Assembly (NCBI GenBank): GCA_963771885.1
Contig: CAVYVF010000023.1
Span: 512,001 to 576,000, forward strand
Reading direction: 5' to 3'
DNA: 64,000 nt
Source: Candidatus Bathyarchaeota archaeon
GTDB taxonomy: Archaea > Thermoproteota > Bathyarchaeia > TCS64
The notes under the pieces were generated by a model. It was not told the DNA's origin, searched no databases, and was given only the letters and a program-made list of their open reading frames with translations. The translations under genes were made by a program, and so were the position numbers. Shown here piece by piece: positions 30,482-39,987 of the stretch; position 1 is the first letter of the stretch, and the number at the start of each line of letters is the position of its first letter.

Positions 30482-31375
30482 ATGGCTAGGCTGAAGCTAG
30501 AGGGTGTCTACGTCCCAAACGTCACACCCTTCGACGCGAAGGGAGAGGTACAATACGATGCACTCGCCGACCTTATCGAGTACTGGATACAGGCGGGCGT
30601 CTCCGGCGTCGTCGCGAACGCGAGCACGGGAGAGTCCCCATACCTGAGCAGAGGCGAGCTGCAGGAGGTTCTTCGCTTCGTCATCGATCACATAGACGGG
30701 CGCGTGCAGGTCCTAGCCGGGACAGGCGCCATGGCAACCCGTGAGACCATAGAGCTCACACGGGATGCCTCCAACGAGGGAGCTGACGCCGCTCTCATCA
30801 CATCGCCGTGGTTCTTCCGACCAAGTGAGGAGGAGCTATATCGCCACTATTACACCGTGCTCAACGCAGTCGACCTCCCCGTCGTCCTATACAACGTCCC
30901 AAAGTTCACAGGCTACAGCATCGCCCCCAAGACCATCGCTCGCCTCGCCGAGGACTGCAGTGGTCTCGTCGGTGTCAAAGACAGCAGTGGGGCTCCCGGC
31001 AACATGGCGGAAATAATACGCCTCTGCGGCGACAAGATAGCCTCTCTCAGCGGCGCCGCCGACATGTTCCTCCCCACACTCAGCCTCGGAGGCAAGGGCG
31101 CAGTCCTCGCAATCGCCAACGTTGTCCCCGGCACATGCGTCGAGTTATTAAACGCGTTCAAAGCTGGCGACATCGCCACGGCGGGGAGGAGGCAGCGCAC
31201 TGCCAGCCACGTAAACAACGTCCTCGTCGCAAGCCACCCACAGGTCGCTGCCATAAAGAGCGCGCTCAACCACATGGGTTACAATGCAGGGATCCCCCGC
31301 CCCCCACTCGGGCCACTCAACGAGGCACAGGAGAAATCGTCTACCGAAGCCCTCAAAAACACGAAGCTGTACTGA
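30482..31375 (+). CDS. DapA/NAL family aldolase
   Basis: TPF, STGE, YNVP-x-x-TG, GVKDS. Confidence 0.9.
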   Translation: MARLKLEGVYVPNVTPFDAKGEVQYDALADLIEYWIQAGVSGVVANASTGESPYLSRGELQEVLRFVIDHIDGRVQVLAGTGAMATRETIELTRDASNEGADAALITSPWFFRPSEEELYRHYYTVLNAVDLPVVLYNVPKFTGYSIAPKTIARLAEDCSGLVGVKDSSGAPGNMAEIIRLCGDKIASLSGAADMFLPTLSLGGKGAVLAIANVVPGTCVELLNAFKAGDIATAGRRQRTASHVNNVLVASHPQVAAIKSALNHMGYNAGIPRPPLGPLNEAQEKSSTEALKNTKLY

Positions 31376-31727
31376 TTGGAAAAATGAGATCAGCCGAATA
31401 AGCTGTTCCATCGAATATTTTTCCAAAGAAGACTAGAAATCGCCCTTATCGTGATCAGATCTATTCAAGAGGAGCACGTGTTCGCTACATAACCCGCGTA
31501 TCGAAAAAAAGAGGGAGTATTATGGATGCATGGAAAAGGCGCGACTCTGAAACGAAGCCGCAAGTTCGGTCAGCTCGCCGATCATTGAGCTATAACTGAG
31601 ACACTTCGAGTCTAATCACCCTGAACTTCCCGACACAGTCACTTCTACCCCATACGAACAACGCCGAACCCACCTCCCCCAACTTTTTAATATGGAAGAC
31701 AGCAGAGTTACACGAACTATCTCCGAG

Positions 31728-33170
31728 ATGATCGTGATGGATACGAAGGAGTCTCTAAACGCCATCTTCAACCCCAAGAGCGTAGCACTCATCGGCGCCA
31801 CCGCCGACTCGAGTAAGTGGGGCTACATGTTCGTAAACGCCGTCAAAGTAGGCGGCTACCAGGGTAAAGTCTACCCCGTCAACCCCAAGGCTGCTGAGAT
31901 CGGCAGCATCCTCGACTACAAGGTGTACCCGAGCCTCAGCTCTATCCCAGACGAGGTCGACTGCGCCATCATACTCGTCCCTGCCCGGGTCGTCCCCAAC
32001 GTATTTGACGAGATGATCCAGAAGAAAGTCAAGGGCGCCGTCGTCATCACAAGCGGTTTCGGCGAGACCGGCGAGGAAGGCGCGAAGCTCATCGCTAGTG
32101 TCAAGGAGAAGGCTGCTGGCAATTTCCGCTTCGTCGGACCAAACTGCATGGGTGTAAGCAGCAGCGAGTCCAAGTTCAGCGCCCTCATGGTCCCCCTCGT
32201 AAGCAAGGAGGGCGAGGTCGCTTTCATTAGTCAGAGCGGAGGCTACGGGCTACAGCTCTTCCTACGTGCAAACGCATTGGGAGTTGGAATAAGCAAATTC
32301 GTCAGCAGCGGAAACGAGACCGACCTCAAGGGCTGGGAGTACTGCAACCATTTCGCCGAGGATCCAACCACGAAGGTCCTCTGTATGTACATCGAAGGTC
32401 TCAAGGAGGGACGCAAGTGGTTCGAAGCAGCCAAGCAGATCACTAAGAGGAAGCCGATAGTCGCCATCAAGGTTGGCGTAACTGAGGCTGGCAGCAAGGC
32501 AGCAGCCAGTCACACCGGCTCCATCGCTGGTAGTGACAAGGTCTACGACGCAGCTTTCAGGCAGGCGGGTGTCATACGAGCGGGAGACGCAGCCGAGATG
32601 TTCGACTACGTCAAGGGACTCCTTTACTGTCCACTCCCGAAGGGACCGAATATCGGCATCGTCAGCAACTCTGGAGGAGTAGCCGTTGAGACGGCCGATA
32701 GGCTCATCATGAACAACCTTAAGGTCCCCACACTCAGCGAGGCGGCGCAAAGCGAGATCAAGACCGTCATCCCCGCCTTCGGTAGTGCGAGGAACCCCGT
32801 CGACCTCACAGCCAACCTCGACGTCTGGAAGCTCGGCCAGGTAGCCGAGATGGTCCTCAAGCAGCCGGAGATCGACGGGCTCATTACAATCGGGCTGGGC
32901 ACCGCGATGGTCAAGGCGATGTTCCCCGACGTCGACCAGGAGACACTCACGGGACTCATCAAGATGATCGATAACAACCTTATCTCGACCTACAAGAAGT
33001 TCGAGAAGCCAACTATCATCATCGAGCCATCTGCCGACGTCGAGCCCGAGTCAGCGAAGATGTTGGAGGCGGCGAGGGTCCCCGTCTATACCACCCCAGA
33101 GAGGGCGGCGGACGTCATGGGAGTCCTCTACAGGCGCAAGCTCTACCTAGATAAGGTAGGCTCCGCCTAA
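31728..33170 (+). CDS. acdA: ADP-forming acetate/acyl-CoA ligase alpha subunit
   Basis: FNPKSVALIGA, GPNCMG, SQSGG, AASHTGS, NSGG, NPVDLT. Confidence 0.9.
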   Translation: MIVMDTKESLNAIFNPKSVALIGATADSSKWGYMFVNAVKVGGYQGKVYPVNPKAAEIGSILDYKVYPSLSSIPDEVDCAIILVPARVVPNVFDEMIQKKVKGAVVITSGFGETGEEGAKLIASVKEKAAGNFRFVGPNCMGVSSSESKFSALMVPLVSKEGEVAFISQSGGYGLQLFLRANALGVGISKFVSSGNETDLKGWEYCNHFAEDPTTKVLCMYIEGLKEGRKWFEAAKQITKRKPIVAIKVGVTEAGSKAAASHTGSIAGSDKVYDAAFRQAGVIRAGDAAEMFDYVKGLLYCPLPKGPNIGIVSNSGGVAVETADRLIMNNLKVPTLSEAAQSEIKTVIPAFGSARNPVDLTANLDVWKLGQVAEMVLKQPEIDGLITIGLGTAMVKAMFPDVDQETLTGLIKMIDNNLISTYKKFEKPTIIIEPSADVEPESAKMLEAARVPVYTTPERAADVMGVLYRRKLYLDKVGSA

Positions 33171-33250
33171 TCATTACCTAATTCGGTTCATTAATCTGGT
33201 TTATTGATCCTTTAGGGTCTTATACGGGGGTTCCCGATTTTTTCGCTGGG

Positions 33251-33544
33251 ATGTCGAGGAACAAGGTTGTAGAGGTCGGCGGGAAAAGGTACACGGTCAG
33301 GGGGATCACCTTCGAGGAGTTCGTCAAGCTTGGGTCCATGGGCTCAGAGTCGAAGGATAGCAAGGAGATCGTCGCCGAGGTTATCCAGAGGTGCCTCATA
33401 GAGCCAAAGCTCAAGTCCGAGCAGATAACTGGGCTTGACAATAAGACCCTCGTTATACTCGTTACTATCGCGCTCGACATCGCTAAGAGTGGTCTCGAGG
33501 GCATAGGGGTCGTCTCGATGCCGAGCGCTCCCTCCGCTACGTGA
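33251..33544 (+). CDS. Hypothetical protein, weak resemblance to phage tail-assembly chaperones
   Basis: YTVRGITFEE...RCLIEPKL..EQI pattern; upstream TATA-like cttata. Confidence 0.6.
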   Translation: MSRNKVVEVGGKRYTVRGITFEEFVKLGSMGSESKDSKEIVAEVIQRCLIEPKLKSEQITGLDNKTLVILVTIALDIAKSGLEGIGVVSMPSAPSAT

Positions 33545-33557
33545 CCTTCTGCGATTT

Positions 33558-34339
33558 TTACTTGAGCTTCTTCCTCGCCCAGTCGGCGAGCTCCTTCCCT
33601 GTCGGGAACCAGACGTCGCCGCCCTCTTTCGCCTCGGAGACGAGCCTTTCTAGTACTTTGAGTCGGCTGAGTTTACCGATGCACTCGGGGTGACAGGTGA
33701 GCCCAAAGTATAGACCCGCTTCGTGTATCGCCTCCCACTCCGGCTTCCAGAGTTGGTACACCTGCTCAGGTGCGCTCCTGTCCATCTCGAAGTGGGGCCA
33801 GTCGTCGAGCAGCCACTCGACTGGAAGTTCCACGAACCCGTGGGTTTACCTTTATGGTCGAGCATGTAAGGCATATCATCGTCCATCATGTTACTGCTAT
33901 ACTTGAAGCCAAGGCGCTTCATGTGGTTGATGCTGCGGTCGCCGAACATCCAGTAAGGGGCGCGGTATCCATCCGGCTTTACGCCCACCTTCTCCAGCGC
34001 AGCCATGCTCCTTTCCCAGACGTCTGCCTCCTTCTCGGCGGTGAGGTCGGTCATCTTCTCGTGTGCGTAGCTGTGCGCACCGATCTCGTGCTCCCTGCTC
34101 AGAATTTCCTTGACCGAGTCGGGGTGGTTGTCGCACGTCCAACCCGGAATGAAGAACGTCGTCTTCAACTCGTACCTATCAAGCAGGTCGAGTATACGGG
34201 GGATCGCGACACGCGGCGCGTAGCGCCCCTTGCTCAGCGATGAGAGATCGTCCGGGGTCTTCCATGTCTCCGCGCTAGAAGCGTCGTAGTCGAAGCTCAG
34301 GAAGAAGCAACTCTTGTAGCCCTTGGGCCAGAAACCCAT
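33558..34339 (-). CDS. Polysaccharide deacetylase (CE4, PuuE/PgdA-like), frameshift near 33835
   Basis: SFDYDA, TFFIPG, HEIGAHSYAH, GYRAP, ELPVEWLLDDW, HPECIG. Confidence 0.88.
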
Positions 34340-34435
34340 CAATACACCGGTTGGATACCCGTGCCGAAACAGATTTTAAACCTTCTACCCAACGCGGGGA
34401 AACCCTCATCACCCGCACCCGCAGAGTGGATCGGG

Positions 34436-35206
34436 ATGAAAAGCGGCGCTCTCGAACGTGCATTCACCACCCGCTTACTGGCGATGACGAATGGCGAGCC
34501 ACTTGAGGTGAACGCACTACGCGACTCCCTGCGTATAACCGCCGAGGCTTTCGACTCGTTGATGCAGAGCTTCTCCGACAGCGGGCTACTCTCGATCCAG
34601 AATGGATCCATCTTTCTTAGTTTGGAGCAGAGGCTCGACATCGCCATGAGGGCGATCGAGGTAGGCGCCGACCCTGAGGCGGTTAGCAGGTGCCTCGGCT
34701 GGCTTGAGTTCGAGGAACTCTCGGCGAGGGTATTCGAGTCTAACGGGTTCCGCGTCATGCGCCGGTTCAGGTTCACGGCCGAGGGGAGACGTTGGGAGCT
34801 CGATCTCCTAGCCGTCTGCACCCCCTACCTCGTCTGCTGCGAATGCAAACACTGGGGCAAGGGAATGGGGAACCAGACAGCGAGGAGTATCATAGAGATA
34901 CACCTTGAGAAAGTGGAGGTATTTTCCAAGCACATCGAGGGACTAAGGGAGCGTATAGGTATCTGTGGCTGGTCGCGAGCTGTAGCACTGCCGATGGCTC
35001 TAACTCTATCCGCGACGCCGATGGAGCTATACCGACGCGTCCCCTCCGTTTCTGTCCTATCCCTCCCAAGCTTCATAAACGAATTCAGGGGCCAACTCGA
35101 ACGCCTCGCTAACTTCAAGCTAGAGTTGACCCCAGTAAAAACCAAAAATAAACAGACTAAACCGAAGAATGGGGTCAGCGGCTCCAGGCGAGCTCGCCGT
35201 CGATGA
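34436..35206 (+). CDS. PD-(D/E)xK restriction-endonuclease-like protein (Mrr/NERD-like) with N-terminal wHTH
   Basis: W-x-EFEE, ELDLLA, ECKHW. Confidence 0.8.
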   Translation: MKSGALERAFTTRLLAMTNGEPLEVNALRDSLRITAEAFDSLMQSFSDSGLLSIQNGSIFLSLEQRLDIAMRAIEVGADPEAVSRCLGWLEFEELSARVFESNGFRVMRRFRFTAEGRRWELDLLAVCTPYLVCCECKHWGKGMGNQTARSIIEIHLEKVEVFSKHIEGLRERIGICGWSRAVALPMALTLSATPMELYRRVPSVSVLSLPSFINEFRGQLERLANFKLELTPVKTKNKQTKPKNGVSGSRRARRR

Positions 35207-36359
35207 TTACCTTCTCGACCTTCGTCTTGAGTTCGAGTGGGTCACCACTTAGAATGCGTATATCGGCATCCTTGCCCTTCTCGAGACTTCCAACGCGTTC
35301 ACCGACCCCAATTATCTTGGCGGGGTTGATGGTTATCGCCTTCAGCGCCTCCTCGTAGGGCAGACCCTCCCTGCAGGCGAGACCCGCGCAGATGGGGAGG
35401 AACGCGATCGTGCTACCCACTGCATCCGTCTGGATGGCGAAGAAGACGCCAGCGTCGAAAAGCGCCTTTGGCGTCTCGAAGCTGAGTTCCCTCATCTCCC
35501 ACTTGCCCCTCGCTGTGAGGCTAGGTCCCCAGATGGCGGGCACCTTCTTCTCCGCGAGCCACTTTGCTACGCGGTGTCCCTCCGTCGCATGCTCCCAGCT
35601 CATCTGGAGCCCGAATTCCTCGCATATCCTGATTGCTGTGGCGACGTCGTCCGCCCTGTGGGCGTGTGCCCTTAGGGGTATCTGTTTCTTCACGACTGGC
35701 ATGAGTGCTTCGAGGCGTGGGTCTCTCTCCGGCATCTTGATCGGATCTTTCTGCTGTCTCGCGGACTCCGTCTTCTCCGCGTAGAGAAGTGCCTTGTTTA
35801 GCCACTCCCTCATGAGGGCGGCTACGCCCATGCGTGTGCTGGGCATCTTCTTGTACTCGACGCCATAGACGCGGCGCGGGTTCTCCCCGAAGGCGACTTT
35901 CATCCCTGAGGGGTTCTTTATCACCATTTCGTCGACTGTGACCTTGCGCGCTGTCTTTACGACTACGCCGGTGCCGCCGATCACGTTGGCGCTCCCCGGT
36001 AGTATCTGTGCCGTTGTGACCCCCGTGCAGAGAGCCGCTGCAAGCCCCGACTCGTCCGCATTAGCCTTGATGCCGTCGATCGCCCTCATGTGGGGCGTAA
36101 TCGGCTCCGTCGCCTCGTTACCGTCGCTGCCGTACCACCCAACGGACTCCTCCCAGATCCCTATGTGGCAGTGAGCCTCGACCAGTCCAGGCATCACTAC
36201 CTTCCTGTTAGCGTTGATGACCTTCGCGTCGGCGGGGATCTTGACGTCCTTGCCAACCGCCTTTATCTTTCCCTTCTCGATGAGTATCACGCCGCCGTCG
36301 ATGACGCCGTTCGTGATTGTGAGAACCTTGCCACCTTTTATCGCGAGCATTTGAACCAC
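35175..36359 (-). CDS. Metal-dependent amidohydrolase
   Basis: MPGLVEAHCHIG, PGSANVIGG, KVAFGENP, HAHRADD, GSLEKGKDAD. Confidence 0.92.
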   Translation of the reverse strand: MVQMLAIKGGKVLTITNGVIDGGVILIEKGKIKAVGKDVKIPADAKVINANRKVVMPGLVEAHCHIGIWEESVGWYGSDGNEATEPITPHMRAIDGIKANADESGLAAALCTGVTTAQILPGSANVIGGTGVVVKTARKVTVDEMVIKNPSGMKVAFGENPRRVYGVEYKKMPSTRMGVAALMREWLNKALLYAEKTESARQQKDPIKMPERDPRLEALMPVVKKQIPLRAHAHRADDVATAIRICEEFGLQMSWEHATEGHRVAKWLAEKKVPAIWGPSLTARGKWEMRELSFETPKALFDAGVFFAIQTDAVGSTIAFLPICAGLACREGLPYEEALKAITINPAKIIGVGERVGSLEKGKDADIRILSGDPLELKTKVEKVIIDGELAWSR

Positions 36360-36464
36360 GGCTTACACTTAGGGTGATTTGATATTTTAGCCTTAAACCA
36401 TTAAGCCGCAGCACCTATTGAGCCGAAAGAAGGCTGAAACGAACACCGTGCCAACTAACCTGTC

Positions 36465-36490
36465 GAAAAAATGGGAAAAAGAAAGGAAAG
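36465..36490 (-). terminator. Pyrimidine/T-rich archaeal-type terminator after the four-gene membrane operon
   Basis: Minus strand reads ctttcctttctttttcccatttttt just after the corrected stop at 36502. Confidence 0.45.
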
Positions 36491-36501
36491 GTGGGTTAGG
36501 G

Positions 36502-37228
36502 TTACTGCTTCTTGTTCCTCTGCATGAGGTCGTAGCCGATCATCGTCGCGAGCATTATCAACGCGATGACGATGAAGGCTGGTACTGCTTCCGCGTGGGT
36601 TCGGAGTGATGCCCAGCAGGAACTGTGCGCGTCCGATGAACATGCTGTACCTTGTGAGTATCGTGTAGCCGAAGCCAGCTCCGAAGCCGGCCATCATCGT
36701 GTACCTCGCAACCCTGTCGATGACCTTCATTGGGGTGGAGTCCCTGTAACTTCCAGTGAACCAGAAGTATAGGACTACACATGGCACCATTATGAAGATC
36801 ATGATGTTGTTGAAGGATTTCATCAGGTCGCCTGCGACCCATAGGTTGAGCTTCGCTTGGGCGATTATCTGCGTCGTGAACTGGGCGAAGATGACCGTCC
36901 TGAGTGCAGCGCCTATGCCTGTGCCTACGATGATGGCGAGTGGCCAGCGGTAGAGGTAGAAGTATTGCTTCGTGAAACGGAAGTACCAGAGCAGCCCAAC
37001 CAGAATTGCTAGGGCGTAGCCGATCATCATTATCGATGATGATGACCATTGCCCCGCCCACTGGTCGCGGACGTACTTCATGTCGAGGGCGACTTGGTAC
37101 CCTACGGCGAGCCCTAGGAATACTGACTCTGCGAACCTATACCATGGGTTCTCCTTGTATAGGATAGTGTAGATGGCTAGTGTGAAGAAGACTGCTGAGT
37201 ATACGCCTAGTAGCTGTATTAGTTCCAT
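36502..37228 (-). CDS. Uncharacterised multi-TM membrane protein (operon gene 4), frameshift near 36595
   Basis: YKENPWYRFAE, GFGAGFG; corrected C-terminus AEAVPAFIVIALIMLATMIGYDLMQRNKKQ* restores a final TM helix. Confidence 0.82.
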
Positions 37229-38058
37229 TATTTCTTCTTCCCCCTGTTGACGAAGTAGGCTATGTTACCCAGGACTACCAGTGCGACGACGAGTATGTGG
37301 CTCATAGAGACGGCGTCTACGCCTGCGATGGCGAGTCCCTTTCTGTTGAGCAGGAGCTCATACTCTGCGCTCGACGTAAGGCCGGGCAGCAGGGCGTTGA
37401 GTTGTCCTGACTGGAGGAAGGGTGCCATTCCAGGTGCTGAGACTCCGATGCAGCCGACGACGATGGGTGTCTTGTATGGCTCGTTCCACTGGCGGAGCCA
37501 CTCGGTGAGCCCGGGTGTACCAGTCTCGATGCTGATGATGAGGTCGATGTCGTTTGCGCTGTTTACAGTCTGCATTATCGGGAACTCGCTAAGGTTCTTG
37601 CCCTCGATATAGTCCTTAGCGACAGCCTTCGCCATGTCGTCACCGAACGCCCTCATGGCGGGTTCGCTTCCGGGGATGTAGCCGAGGTTGATCCAGTCCT
37701 CGCCGTAGACCTTACCGTAGCTGGTCGGGTCCATCTGGGCGAGGAGCTGCGTGAAAACAAGCGGTCCCTCCGCCCAGAAACTCACGACGATGACCTTGAC
37801 GTCTTTGCTCCATAACTGGTGCATGGTGGCTAGGGTCATCGGGAAGAGCTCAGGCATCCCGGATGTGCCGTACATGGGTGCGAATACAACTGTGCTCCCG
37901 TCTGGTATGTCGCTGATCGCCTTGAACCACTGCTGTGATTCCTTGTTGATTGGGACGGGGAGTCCTAGTGGGTAGATGAGTGGGAAGAGTACGAAGAGCC
38001 ATGAGAGAAGATAGACCCAGCGTCTATCTAGGTTCTCAAACTTGTCGAAGAACGACAT
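37228..38058 (-). CDS. Uncharacterised membrane protein with soluble alpha/beta domain (operon gene 3)
   Basis: N-terminal TM, YGEDWINLGYIPG, PFLQSGQL, AEYE, C-terminal TM. Confidence 0.85.
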   Translation of the reverse strand: MSFFDKFENLDRRWVYLLSWLFVLFPLIYPLGLPVPINKESQQWFKAISDIPDGSTVVFAPMYGTSGMPELFPMTLATMHQLWSKDVKVIVVSFWAEGPLVFTQLLAQMDPTSYGKVYGEDWINLGYIPGSEPAMRAFGDDMAKAVAKDYIEGKNLSEFPIMQTVNSANDIDLIISIETGTPGLTEWLRQWNEPYKTPIVVGCIGVSAPGMAPFLQSGQLNALLPGLTSSAEYELLLNRKGLAIAGVDAVSMSHILVVALVVLGNIAYFVNRGKKK

Positions 38059-38711
38059 TAGTCACTGCCTCCCCTGAGGTAGCCACGCTCGATGCCCATC
38101 AGAGTCCTGACGGCGAGGGCGATAGCCCCCAGCGCCGCACCGATTGTAACCGCCCTGTTAGTCGCCATGTTGGGTACATCGTAGATCCACTGGCCGATTA
38201 TCCTAAAACCAGGCCACGACGCCGTGAATACTGGTGCATTGTACATGACCATGGCTAAACCAGCTACGAGTACGAGGGTCGCCTCGATATTCTTAGCTCT
38301 GAAGGCGCGGTAAGCCGCCGACGTAATGAAGAAGGCGATGATTCCGTACATCGTGCCCGAGAGCGGGGTTTGGCCGTATGTGAACAACCACTGGTAAACA
38401 GCGTTAGTAGTTCCTAGGCCGACCTCTGCGAATGGCAGGCCCGTTATGGACATTATCACCGTAGCGATTAGTACAACCACACTGAAGTACCACCCCTTGC
38501 CTCTTTTCTGGACCGCCTTGCCGTGGACCTGCATCAGGCTGAGTGGCCCGATGAAGGTGGCCCACGCGACAACTAGAATGACCCAGAGGTTTACTGTGTT
38601 AGCCGTGTCGTTGATGACGGGTATGTTGATGTAGTAGGGTATGACCTGAAGCAGCGTAGCGATAATCGTGAGGAAGATGGGTATCTCGATTCTTCTAAGC
38701 ACGTTACTCAT
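38058..38711 (-). CDS. Uncharacterised multi-TM membrane protein (operon gene 2)
   Basis: AFFITSAAYRAFRA, VPNMA, R-x-L-x-GIER; about 6 TM. Confidence 0.85.
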   Translation of the reverse strand: MSNVLRRIEIPIFLTIIATLLQVIPYYINIPVINDTANTVNLWVILVVAWATFIGPLSLMQVHGKAVQKRGKGWYFSVVVLIATVIMSITGLPFAEVGLGTTNAVYQWLFTYGQTPLSGTMYGIIAFFITSAAYRAFRAKNIEATLVLVAGLAMVMYNAPVFTASWPGFRIIGQWIYDVPNMATNRAVTIGAALGAIALAVRTLMGIERGYLRGGSD

Positions 38712-38715
38712 AGTA

Positions 38716-39513
38716 TCACCACGACATTACTGTCAGGAGCGGGTTCCCAGCGGCGGTGAGTGCCGTCGTGAGTAGCGCCCCGACTATGCCGAGTATGACG
38801 GCGATTATCCTTCCGAAGTCCTGGCCAGCGAGGCTCGCGATGAGTGGCGCCTCGTTCGTCAGGTATGCTCCGGCGGCGTAGATCTCCTCGCCAATAAGGC
38901 AATAGTCTGTGGAGACGAGGAAGAAGGGTATCTGGCTGGTCTGGGCCGTGCCACTGATCTGCATTGCGCCGACGCGGCTGCCGGTCTCGGCTAGCTGCAT
39001 CGATTCGGCCCAGTAGGCGCCGATCATGATGTTGGCGCCGGGTTTCTCCCTCATGAGAAGGCCGATGTAGTTGCTTGAGAATCCGAACTGTTCGCTGCTG
39101 AGGTACATGATGTCACTCTGCTGGTACTCCTCTCCCTTGCCCGCCATCTTGTAGGCGGTCTCGACGACATCAGCGGCGATGGGCCACACCTCCGGTTGGC
39201 GTACCGGAACGATTAGGCGTGTGCTGACCTCGGCACACTTCTTGGCCACGTAGCTGAGGACGCTGAGACCGGCGATGGTTTGCGGGCCGGTTGTCGAGTC
39301 CCTGAGGTTGGCGATGCCGTGGCTGGCTATCACGGGGCGGCCCATCTCGACGGCTCGGCCTATCGCCTCGTCGATGGCGTCTATGCCGGGAATCCGTCGG
39401 ACCTTGGGAACCTTGCCCCCCTGAGCCCGCCTGATGAAATAAGCGACTGCCAACATGATCGCTAGTAGGCAGACAAATCCGAACATCCTATTTGCTATCA
39501 GAATTGAAGCCAA
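38716..39513 (-). CDS. DUF6754-like membrane-anchored protein (operon gene 1)
   Basis: RRIPGIDAIDEAIGRAVEMGRP, AE-x-G-x-x-x-GAMQI, QIPFF, LIGEE-x-YAAGAYL; family assignment from recall. Confidence 0.8.
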   Translation of the reverse strand: MASILIANRMFGFVCLLAIMLAVAYFIRRAQGGKVPKVRRIPGIDAIDEAIGRAVEMGRPVIASHGIANLRDSTTGPQTIAGLSVLSYVAKKCAEVSTRLIVPVRQPEVWPIAADVVETAYKMAGKGEEYQQSDIMYLSSEQFGFSSNYIGLLMREKPGANIMIGAYWAESMQLAETGSRVGAMQISGTAQTSQIPFFLVSTDYCLIGEEIYAAGAYLTNEAPLIASLAGQDFGRIIAVILGIVGALLTTALTAAGNPLLTVMSW

Positions 39514-39987
39514 TCTTTAGCCTCCGTTTAGGCAAAAATTAATCAGTCCTAAAGCGTATTTAAGATTTAATTCGATGGAAACTAAATAAAAGCAATAATT
39601 ATGGGATAATACTGATAATTTTCTTACAAACAATATAACTATTTGGAATTCTCTATAGATGCGATTGAGGCATACGCGGGTCAAGTTGACGTGTTTGCGG
39701 CGGTTACTGCGGAGGGAATTCTCCTTCTCTTCCTCATTTAGGGCGAGCCTCTGCTCCATGGTTGTCTCGTAGTACTCGATTTCGTTTGCCCATAGTCCCT
39801 TTGACCCTCCTGCGCTCTGTCCGAGTGGTGACGGAAATCGCCTCCCCCGAAGCCATGAACCTCGGACTTGGTAGCTCTTCTAAAGACCTTGGCTCGAAGC
39901 CAGCGCCTCGAAGATTATTATGAAGAGAACCAAGTTATTGACAGTCCAATTCTATGTAACAGTATTGGGTGCGGGGATAAAGTGTGG

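Noticed and set aside
26119..33544. Integrated provirus spanning the ATPase and the chaperone-like ORF
   Set aside because: The intervening genes are metabolic; no integrase, att repeats, capsid or terminase is visible
39517..39930. Short ORF or gene remnant between the membrane operon and AOR
   Set aside because: No recognisable motif; the AT-rich part is better explained as the operon's promoter region
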